Shown here: positions 19,095 through 25,690 of the stretch, in pieces
How the letters are laid out: the number at the start of each line of letters is the position of its first letter
How positions within the stretch are numbered: the first letter of the stretch is position 1
Source: Acidimicrobiia bacterium
GTDB taxonomy: Bacteria > Actinomycetota > Acidimicrobiia > Spongiisociales > SHLN01
Direction of reading: 5' to 3'
Assembly (NCBI GenBank): GCA_013043085.1
Contig: JABDOU010000283.1
Span: forward strand, 1 to 28,057
DNA length: 28,057 nucleotides
Translations under genes and position numbers: made by a program
The notes under the pieces: model-generated
What the model saw: the letters and a program-made list of their open reading frames with translations, nothing else
Databases searched by the model: none
What the model was told of the DNA's origin: nothing

Positions 19095-19607
19095 CTACTT
19101 CAGGATCTGTTGTCCCTCGCCCAATACAAAGGTCGAGTCACCAAATAGGAACGTGACCTTGTCGTCGTCCAGGGCGACAATCTTGTAGCGACCGGCGAAT
19201 GTTTCACCGACACCAACGGTGTACTCAGTGCCATCGACCCGGACGATCGCCCTGCGATTCCCGGCAGCATCCGTGGTGATCGCAACGACTGTCACATTGC
19301 TTCCGGAGAGAGGATCATCGGAACCGGAAACATCGGGCGCTCCGACAATGAGGGGTCGGAAAGGATCGCGTGGTTGAGCGGCCTGGAACGCCTCGACGAC
19401 TCGGGATCCGCGCAGCAAACTGTCCGTGGAACCAACACCCGCGACCACGCCGGCGTCGGTGGCTGACGGAAGCACGACGTTCTGCGGAGCATCGAGCGTC
19501 GTGCGTGACGCTCCAAAGACGCCAGGCGCCACCAGCAGCCAGCTGATTGAAACCAGCGCAGCAAGCAGCAGAATCGTCGTAATGAGCGTAGAGCTTCGCT
19601 TGACCAT
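19095..19607 (-). CDS. PilP/GspC-HR-like pilus alignment protein with an N-terminal transmembrane helix
   Basis: Directly after pilO (TGATG overlap). Hydrophobic N-terminal helix, PRDPFRP motif, and a C-terminal beta-rich region (RAIVRVDGTEYTVGVGETFAGRYKIVALDDDKVTF). No Cys, so no lipobox. Confidence 0.55.
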   Translation of the reverse strand: MVKRSSTLITTILLLAALVSISWLLVAPGVFGASRTTLDAPQNVVLPSATDAGVVAGVGSTDSLLRGSRVVEAFQAAQPRDPFRPLIVGAPDVSGSDDPLSGSNVTVVAITTDAAGNRRAIVRVDGTEYTVGVGETFAGRYKIVALDDDKVTFLFGDSTFVLGEGQQILK

Positions 19608-20188
19608 CAGTTCCCCTCCTCCTCCACTTCCAGAGTTCCTGGCAGTGGACTGGTTGAAAAGGCTCGCGCCGTCAAGTTGGTTTGGAGAATGTTTGTCGAC
19701 GTTTCTTCGTCCAGAGTCGCCGAGATGGACAATTGGTCGACACGGATCAGCCGGTCGAGATCCTCCAGGTCGAAGAGGAATTGCAGAGTCCTGAAGTACT
19801 CGCCCTCGATGCCGAGGTTCAGCGCGATTTCGTACAGACCTTCGCCCAAAGTCGATTCAGCAGGGGGAATCGCGGTGAGCTGGATTATCGCAAGACCAGA
19901 ATCTCTGGCCAGGGATCGAATCGACTCCAGCAACGCTGCTTCACTTGGATCTTCCGGGATCGACACCGAGATCTCAGCGACCGCCGCATCAAACTGGCCT
20001 TGTTGGCGCTGAAGTTCCAATAATCTGGCGATGCGTGCCTCGAGCGTCTCTTGCTCCTGTGACGCCGTCTGGATGTCGGCCTCGATGTCATCGATCGTGG
20101 CCGTCGAACCCCTCCAGAACAGGAACCACCAAAGCGCCAGGATGACCAATCCAACGAGCACAGCGATCAAGATGTTGCGTCGGCTCAT
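19607..20188 (-). CDS. pilO: Type IV pilus assembly protein PilO
   Basis: N-terminal TM helix, coiled coil, conserved IP, and IEGEYFRTLQFLFDLEDLDRLIRV; follows pilN. Confidence 0.88.
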   Translation of the reverse strand: MSRRNILIAVLVGLVILALWWFLFWRGSTATIDDIEADIQTASQEQETLEARIARLLELQRQQGQFDAAVAEISVSIPEDPSEAALLESIRSLARDSGLAIIQLTAIPPAESTLGEGLYEIALNLGIEGEYFRTLQFLFDLEDLDRLIRVDQLSISATLDEETSTNILQTNLTARAFSTSPLPGTLEVEEEGN

Positions 20189-20772
20189 GAGATCTCCGGA
20201 ATTCTGGATGCAATTCTTGCGCTCGCTGCTTCATCGGTCAGTTGAGCGCTGGACTGGTAGCCAACAACGGCGACTCCGTTGACGTCGGTTGCCGTGACGG
20301 AAGTCACCCAGGTCGATCCGAGCCCTGCGTAGGACGTATTGTCAATGGAGCGGAGCCAGTTGGCGACATCTTCATATTCGAAGGCTGTTCCCGATACCGT
20401 TACCTGCACGTCGTTTCCGGTCAGGTTGCTCAACCAAACACGATCAGGGATGAATCGGCCGAGATCGTTGAGCAGTCTCGCCCACGACACATCTCCGGCG
20501 AGAGCGGCCACGACGAGTTCGCTTCGAGCGTCGAAATTCTGAAGCGGGATCTCGAACTGACCTAGAGAATCTATTTCGGCCTGTTTCGCGGCATTTGCCT
20601 GTTGTTGAGCCACCAGATCATCTTCGAGATCTCGAACGGTTGTGAGGCGCCCGAGTGTGAGAAACGCAAGTAGGACAACCAGCAGCACCAGGCCGGCTAG
20701 CAATATGACACGGTTGCGTCGCGAGGCCTCCTCTTCGAAGATCTCGCCGGGAAGGAGATTGATGTCCCTCAT
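20185..20772 (-). CDS. pilN: Type IV pilus assembly protein PilN
   Basis: MRDINLLP hallmark, TM helix, coiled coil, IPDRVWLSNL and VSGTA. ATG at 20772 forms an ATGA overlap with the pilM stop. Confidence 0.92.
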   Translation of the reverse strand: MRDINLLPGEIFEEEASRRNRVILLAGLVLLVVLLAFLTLGRLTTVRDLEDDLVAQQQANAAKQAEIDSLGQFEIPLQNFDARSELVVAALAGDVSWARLLNDLGRFIPDRVWLSNLTGNDVQVTVSGTAFEYEDVANWLRSIDNTSYAGLGSTWVTSVTATDVNGVAVVGYQSSAQLTDEAASARIASRIPEIS

Positions 20773-21830
20773 TCGGGACTCCATAGCGCCAGCCCAACGG
20801 GAACCGGAAGTACCGGCTGCAGAGGGGCCACTACCTCATCGGACAGTTTGCCAGTGCTGAGGTGACTGAGAACACGGGCGGGTTCGACAGGTGCGTCGAG
20901 CGCACGCCCGAGTCGATTTGCAAGATGAGGAAGCCGAGCGCCATTGCCCGCCACGATCACCTTGCTCACCGGGCCGCCTTCGCCCTGGCTCAGGAAGAAG
21001 TTGACCGATCCTCGAATCTCCTCGATGAACCTGCCGGCCTCGGCGGTCAAAAGTGACTGGGCGACCTCGTCTTCGGTCTCGTCGCCGGATGCTGCGGAGA
21101 CATCGTCGTCGACCGAGATTCCGATGCGACGCTTGAGCTGCTCGGCGGCCGCGAATTCGAGATTCAATCCTTCAATCAGTGTGTCGGTGAATGCCGAGCC
21201 GCCAGTCTGAATGATGCGAACGAAGCGTGGAGTCAATCCACTGACGAGCACCACCTGCGTGATCTCGGCCCCGATATCGACCAACACCGCGATGCCGCTG
21301 ACCGGCTGCGGTATCAACGACCTGACGAGGGCGAATGCTTGAAGGTCGACAGCGATAACGTTGAGACCTGCTGAGGTGGTGACGTCGAGGAAATCCTGGA
21401 CCATCGATCGATGGGCGGCAACGGCGAGGATGGCTTGCATTGGTTCGCCCTCTGGTGTGGTGAACTCGTCGATTCCAACGTGGTCGAGGATTGCCTCCTC
21501 CACTGACATTGGCATGTATTCCTGCACCTGAAACGGAAGGGCGTCTCTCAGCTCCGCTTCACCCATGAGAGGGACATCAACCTGACGCACAACGACTCGC
21601 TGGTTGGCGACGCCAACAACCACCCTCTTCTTGGGCAATCGATGCTTGCGCCAAAGCTCCTTGATGGCATCGACGATCGCTGCTCCGTCAATGATCTCTC
21701 CCGCGGCAACGGCGCCTTCTGGTAGCTGCACCTCGCCGACCTTGCGAAGGACGGGCTGGGACTTTCCGGCGTCGATGGCCACAGCGCGAACGCTGCTGGA
21801 ACCTATATCCAGGCCAACGTTGACTGCCAT
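20769..21830 (-). CDS. pilM: Type IV pilus assembly protein PilM (actin-like fold)
   Basis: VGLDIGSSSVRAV, VVVRQVDVP, LVDIGAEITQVV, GGSAFT, VAGNGARL and VPVGLAL. Confidence 0.95.
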   Translation of the reverse strand: MAVNVGLDIGSSSVRAVAIDAGKSQPVLRKVGEVQLPEGAVAAGEIIDGAAIVDAIKELWRKHRLPKKRVVVGVANQRVVVRQVDVPLMGEAELRDALPFQVQEYMPMSVEEAILDHVGIDEFTTPEGEPMQAILAVAAHRSMVQDFLDVTTSAGLNVIAVDLQAFALVRSLIPQPVSGIAVLVDIGAEITQVVLVSGLTPRFVRIIQTGGSAFTDTLIEGLNLEFAAAEQLKRRIGISVDDDVSAASGDETEDEVAQSLLTAEAGRFIEEIRGSVNFFLSQGEGGPVSKVIVAGNGARLPHLANRLGRALDAPVEPARVLSHLSTGKLSDEVVAPLQPVLPVPVGLALWSPE

Positions 21831-21978
21831 CTACTCTCCGCCTCTTCGTCTCGTGATGTATCCGGATGCCCAGCGCGGGTGTCTCGGTTACGACTTCGGT
21901 TTGTCTCGCTCGTGTGCTTGATCGTGTATTGCTTGTTCGTGCTCGGTCTGACGCTCGATGTGGATCGTGCGTCCACGA

Positions 21979-21999
21979 ACGTGTTGTAATTACGCACGT
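21979..21999. promoter_or_regulatory. Imperfect palindrome upstream of pilM; candidate transcription-factor site
   Basis: ACGTG-TT-GTAATTAC-G-CACGT: a perfect 8-bp AT-rich palindromic core with 5-bp inverted flanks. Confidence 0.4.
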
Positions 22000-22040
22000 G
22001 TCATTTACTCGGCGAAAGCATAGCGATGAGGGGTATAGCC

Positions 22041-22063
22041 CGCGGTCTTTGGACCGGACCGCG
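22041..22063. other. Stem-loop downstream of pilD
   Basis: CGCGGTC/GACCGCG 7-bp stem with a 9-nt loop. No U-tract on the coding strand, so terminator function is unproven. Confidence 0.35.
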
Positions 22064-22132
22064 AAAACTTCTCTAACGGCGCGGTTACGCGTTCTTGAGG
22101 ATCCCGTTGGCGGTGGTCGCTGGGCGGGGTCT

Positions 22133-22906
22133 TCAGAGTCCGAGATACCACGACGCGATCGAGTCGCCCCATAGGGCAGCCAGCCACGCTGCCCCCATCA
22201 TCGCCGGCCCAAACGGCATCTTGGCTTTTCGGCCCCGCTTCGTGAACAGCATGATCGCAGTACCTGCCAGGCCACCGAGCAGGAAGGCAAGAAAGATCCC
22301 GACTACGAGCTCTGGCCAACCGGAGTACGCCATCACAAATCCGAGCAAGAACGCAAGTTTGACATCGCCGAAACCGAAGCCTCCAGGGGTGACCATGAAG
22401 AGGACAAAGAACAGAACGAGATAGACAAGGCCACCTAGGAAGGCGACCGGGAGTTGATCGGTCTGGCTTTCCAGAACGCTGCCACCAATGAATAAGGCAA
22501 CAGTCAGCCCGGTTCCCGTGAAAACGATCCGGTCGGGTAATCGTTTGTGATCGAGATCGGTGAGAATCAATGCGATCGTCGTACCCGCGAAAAACAGGTA
22601 GCCCGGTAGCAATGCCGTAGGTCCCACCCACCACGCGATGAGACCAAATAGTAAACCGGATGCACCTTCCACAACCGCATACCGCCGAGACACCGAGCTC
22701 CCGCAATCGCGACATTTGCCGCGAAGACGTAGCCAACTGATGACCGGGATATTGTCGGAGGCGCGGATAGGGGCGTCACAAGCCGGACAAGCGGAACCAG
22801 GACTGATGACCGACTTGCCGAGCGGCACTCGATACGCCACCACGTTCAAGAATGAGCCAATGATCAACCCGACGAGCGCGGAAAAGGCAATCAGCAACGC
22901 ATGCAT
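22133..22906 (-). CDS. pilD: Prepilin peptidase / N-methyltransferase
   Basis: GSFLNVVAYRVP, two CxxC pairs (CPAC, CRDC), DLDHKRLPD and GFGDVKLA catalytic Asp motifs, and MPFGPAM. Confidence 0.96.
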   Translation of the reverse strand: MHALLIAFSALVGLIIGSFLNVVAYRVPLGKSVISPGSACPACDAPIRASDNIPVISWLRLRGKCRDCGSSVSRRYAVVEGASGLLFGLIAWWVGPTALLPGYLFFAGTTIALILTDLDHKRLPDRIVFTGTGLTVALFIGGSVLESQTDQLPVAFLGGLVYLVLFFVLFMVTPGGFGFGDVKLAFLLGFVMAYSGWPELVVGIFLAFLLGGLAGTAIMLFTKRGRKAKMPFGPAMMGAAWLAALWGDSIASWYLGL

Positions 22907-22915
22907 GATCTATTG

Positions 22916-23377
22916 CTACCAGCCGTTACCGGCCCATGCCGGTGAAGCCGGCGGCGACAAGGGACAGGAACCCCCGAACAGCGCTGCGGCGGTATCGGAT
23001 CGACCGAACGCAGTTGCATCCTGCACGGCATCCCAGATTCCGAACCAGGTTCCGGATTGACTCTGCACCGCCATGCAGACAACATCGGTGCCGTTAACGG
23101 CGACACCAATCTGTCCCACAGGTGGGCTGAGAGATGCCACAAACAAGAAGCTCGGCTCTACAGCCTGCAGCTCGGTCACATCGTCGGTAAACGAGAACCT
23201 CCCGGCCATGACACTTTTCTCTGCAACCAGACCGTTGCGAAGCGCGGACTGCGCTGCACGGTCTTGAGCCGTCACCCTCTGGCCCAGAAACGTCGGGACA
23301 GCTACCGCAATGAGAATGGCGACAATCAGAACAACGATCATCAATTCGACGAGCGAGAATCCGTCTTGTCGTGACAT
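22916..23377 (-). CDS. Type IVa pilin, second paralog
   Basis: Class III signal MSRQDG|FSLVELMIVV (G-1, F+1, E+5) and two Cys in the C-terminal half. No Shine-Dalgarno. Confidence 0.92.
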   Translation of the reverse strand: MSRQDGFSLVELMIVVLIVAILIAVAVPTFLGQRVTAQDRAAQSALRNGLVAEKSVMAGRFSFTDDVTELQAVEPSFLFVASLSPPVGQIGVAVNGTDVVCMAVQSQSGTWFGIWDAVQDATAFGRSDTAAALFGGSCPLSPPASPAWAGNGW

Positions 23378-23385
23378 GACAGCAA

Positions 23386-23413
23386 ATATCGACCATCCAT
23401 GAAGCGCCCTTGA
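23386..23413 (-). promoter_or_regulatory. Sigma28 (FliA/WhiG)-like promoter of the second pilin
   Basis: TCAAG-N15-GTCGATAT, with the ATG 8 nt after the -10 box (leaderless or nearly so). Confidence 0.6.
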
Positions 23414-23464
23414 ACGATTCCGATTGGTACCGGCCGGATACTCGCCTCAGCTCCTTTGCACGCG

Positions 23465-23494
23465 AAAATGGGACCCCTGAAGGGGTCCCATTTT
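23465..23494 (-). terminator. Intrinsic terminator after the major pilin
   Basis: Perfect 13-bp inverted repeat AAAATGGGACCCC/GGGGTCCCATTTT with a 4-nt loop, 19 nt after the stop codon. Confidence 0.9.
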
Positions 23495-23513
23495 CTTACT
23501 GACTTGGAGTTGA

Positions 23514-23984
23514 CTACCAGCTGGCGGCGGTAGCGTCCGTTGCACAGTCGGTGAGCGTGCCTCCGGAGGCAATTTCACCATAGGCAGTCGCAGCAGTCGG
23601 ATCCTCAGCAATCATGAAGATCTTTCCACTGGCGCTCAGCACGGTGAGACAGGCAACGCCGCCGGTCTCGAGCTTGACGAATACGTCTCCCGCATTCGAT
23701 GTAGCAGCCGCGTATGCGTCCTCTTGCCAAGTGAGGCTTGGCTCGACGGCGCCGAGATCGGCAGCAACGTCGGTGTATGCCTGGTCATTGGCGTAAATGG
23801 TCTTTTCCGTGGCCAGGGCGTTGCGCAGATTTGACTGTGCAGCACGGTCCTGGGCCGTCTCACGTTGACCGAGGAAGGTCGGGATCGCGATTGCGACCAA
23901 GATGGCGATGATAAGCACCACGACCATAAGCTCGATCAGTGTGAAACCGTCTTCGTTGAGACGATTGCGCATCCGATTCAACAT
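23514..23984 (-). CDS. pilA: Type IVa pilin, probable major pilin (156 aa precursor)
   Basis: ATG at 23984 with RBS AGGAGG. Class III signal MLNRMRNRLNEDG|FTLIELMVVV and two Cys. Has its own promoter and terminator. Confidence 0.93.
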   Translation of the reverse strand: MLNRMRNRLNEDGFTLIELMVVVLIIAILVAIAIPTFLGQRETAQDRAAQSNLRNALATEKTIYANDQAYTDVAADLGAVEPSLTWQEDAYAAATSNAGDVFVKLETGGVACLTVLSASGKIFMIAEDPTAATAYGEIASGGTLTDCATDATAASW

Positions 23985-24013
23985 GTTGTATTGCCTCCTA
24001 TGACAATGAATCC

Positions 24014-24032
24014 GGGACGCAATGCGCGTCCC
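24014..24032 (-). other. Stem-loop in the predicted 5' UTR of the major pilin
   Basis: GGGACGC/GCGTCCC 7-bp stem with a 5-nt loop, between the promoter and the RBS. Confidence 0.6.
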
Positions 24033-24045
24033 ATGTACAACAGCT

Positions 24046-24073
24046 ATATCGGCCCCCCTCCCAGCTTCCTTAA
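24046..24073 (-). promoter_or_regulatory. Sigma28 (FliA/WhiG)-like promoter of the major pilin
   Basis: TTAAG-N15-GCCGATAT against the consensus TAAA-N15-GCCGATAA: 3/4 and 7/8 matches with exact spacing. Confidence 0.75.
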
Positions 24074-24076
24074 GGG

Positions 24077-24103
24077 TGATCGGCCAATTTCCCAAACGAA
24101 CTA
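24077..24103 (-). promoter_or_regulatory. Possible second, tandem sigma28-like promoter
   Basis: TAGT-N15-GCCGATCA immediately upstream of the first promoter; weaker -35. Confidence 0.35.
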
Positions 24104-24150
24104 GTCAGGCTCTGTAAGGTGCCAAGCGCAGAGTGTTCGATTCACCACGT

Positions 24151-24260
24151 GGCATGCGAAAACTCTTGAAGCCCCATTGGGTTGATCTCACATGAGGAGT
24201 TGCGAAGCAACTCCCAAGGAACCCGAAGGGTTCCCGGCATGCGCAGGGTGTTCAAGCCCC
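24151..24260. repeat. 25-bp imperfect direct repeat, two copies 85 bp apart
   Basis: GGCATGCGAAAACTCTTGAAGCCCC (24151-24175) and GGCATGCGCAGGGTGTTCAAGCCCC (24236-24260); 19/25 identical. Confidence 0.7.
24196..24234. other. Twin perfect hairpins with identical 3-nt loops
   Basis: GGAGTTGC-GAA-GCAACTCC, a CAA linker, then GGAACCC-GAA-GGGTTCC. Confidence 0.8.
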
Positions 24261-24460
24261 TTCGCGTCAAGGTGGGTGGCAATCTCACACGGACAACTCC
24301 GCCTCCCCACTTACGCTCTGAGGGCCCTCGTCCTCCGTGACATCGACGTCCGGCCACAGAGGCGGTAGCTCTCCCGCGTGACCACGGCCGACGTATTAAA
24401 TCCCGTACGTGCGGATCGCTCCAACCAACAAGCGTTTAACCGCCGGTAGGAAGAAACGCG

Positions 24461-25687
24461 CTAGCCGATGACGTTGACCAGGTTGAACATCGGCAGGTAC
24501 AGGGCTACGAGAATGGCACCGACCGTTGCACCCATGAAGGCGATGAGAATTGGCTCGAGGAGGCTGGTGAGAGCGTCGACGGTGTCGTTGACTTCCCGGT
24601 CGTAGAAGTCGGAGACCTTGTCGAGCATGTTGTCGAGCGCACCGGTTTCTTCGCCAACGGCCATCATCTGGACGACCATGGGCGGGAAGATCTTGCCTTC
24701 TTTTGCCAGCGGCTTCGAGATCGAATCTCCACCCTTGACGGCCTGTGAGACCCGGTTTACGGCGTCTCCGACCACTACGTTTCCAGCGGTCAACTCGACG
24801 ATCGCCATCGCTTCGAGAATCGGGACGCCGGAACGTACAAGCACGCCAAGCGTTCTGGCGAATCGGCTGATGGCGGTCTTGTGGTTCATGGTGCCGAACA
24901 CCGGTGCTCGCAACTTGAACGCATCCCACAAACGACGGCCGCCCTTCGTATTGATCCAACGCCGGAACGCGTAGACGGCACCGCCAAATGCGGGGAAGAT
25001 GATGTACCACCTCGAAGTGAGGATGCCCGAGGCGCCGATCAACGCTCGGGTCGCGATCGGAAGTTCGCCGCCTACGTCTGCGTACATATCGACGAACTGC
25101 GGTACGACGAAAAGGAGCATGAGAGTGACGACGCCTGCCACCATGCTGAGGACCACGATCGGGTATGCCATGGCCGACTTGATTTTGCTGCGCAATGCCG
25201 CCGCAGATTCGAGGGTGTCTGCGATGCGTTCGAGAGTCTCGTCGAGGACACCTGCGGCTTCGCCGGCCTGGACCATGGCCACGAAGAGTGTGTTGAAGAC
25301 CTTGGGATGCTGCTCGAGAGCAACGCTGAGGCTTGCACCGCGCTCGACACTGGCCCGCACCTCCCCGATTGTCTTCTTGAGAGGCTTGGATACGGTCTGT
25401 TCTTCGAGAACATAGAGAGACCTCAGTAGCGACAGACCGGAATTGATCATGGTCGCAAACTGACGGCTGAAGATGGCAATCTCTTTGGCCTTGATCCGAT
25501 CGGTGATGCCCGGGATCGAGATCTCTTTCTGAAGACCATCGGTCTTCTTCTCGGCCACGCCGAGAGGGGTCATCCCGCTTTCTTTCAGAGCGCGAATAAC
25601 CGCTTCTTTGGAGGAACCCTCCAACTCACCTTCGATGACTTTGCCGCTCTTGGCGTCACGAACCTTGTATGTGTACATCGAGGCCAT
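24461..25687 (-). CDS. pilC: Type IV pilus inner-membrane platform protein PilC (GspF family)
   Basis: FSRQFATMINSGLSLLRSL, GEAAGVLD, KSAMAYP, FARTLGVLVRSGVPIL, VGEETGALD and LLEP. Confidence 0.97.
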   Translation of the reverse strand: MASMYTYKVRDAKSGKVIEGELEGSSKEAVIRALKESGMTPLGVAEKKTDGLQKEISIPGITDRIKAKEIAIFSRQFATMINSGLSLLRSLYVLEEQTVSKPLKKTIGEVRASVERGASLSVALEQHPKVFNTLFVAMVQAGEAAGVLDETLERIADTLESAAALRSKIKSAMAYPIVVLSMVAGVVTLMLLFVVPQFVDMYADVGGELPIATRALIGASGILTSRWYIIFPAFGGAVYAFRRWINTKGGRRLWDAFKLRAPVFGTMNHKTAISRFARTLGVLVRSGVPILEAMAIVELTAGNVVVGDAVNRVSQAVKGGDSISKPLAKEGKIFPPMVVQMMAVGEETGALDNMLDKVSDFYDREVNDTVDALTSLLEPILIAFMGATVGAILVALYLPMFNLVNVIG

Positions 25688-25690
25688 GCT

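Noticed and set aside
21803-21997. 64-aa minus-strand ORF upstream of and overlapping pilM
   Set aside because: No RBS or motif, overlaps pilM out of frame by 28 nt, and its low complexity reflects the repetitive leader. Not excluded, but unsupported.
22006-22032. Sigma28 promoter for pilM
   Set aside because: GCCGAGTA has no TAAA/TAAG-like -35 at 15-nt spacing (CCCT instead); mentioned only as context.
22005-22736. 243-aa minus-strand ORF
   Set aside because: Alternative frame over pilD.
23985-24095. 37-residue extension of the major pilin ORF
   Set aside because: Covers the promoter and UTR; a strong AGGAGG supports ATG 23984.
24131-24148. GTGTTCGATTCACCA, resembling a tRNA T-loop and CCA end
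   Set aside because: Only a 3-bp stem; no acceptor, D or anticodon arms.
24121-24460. Possible CRISPR array or known riboswitch (c-di-GMP-I/II, guanidine-II/III, 6C RNA) in the pilC-pilA gap
   Set aside because: Only two imperfect repeats and no cas genes. Hairpin loops are GAA/UUC, not ACGR or C-rich. A GGACGAGG fragment lacks the rest of the guanidine-III consensus. An Rfam scan would be decisive.
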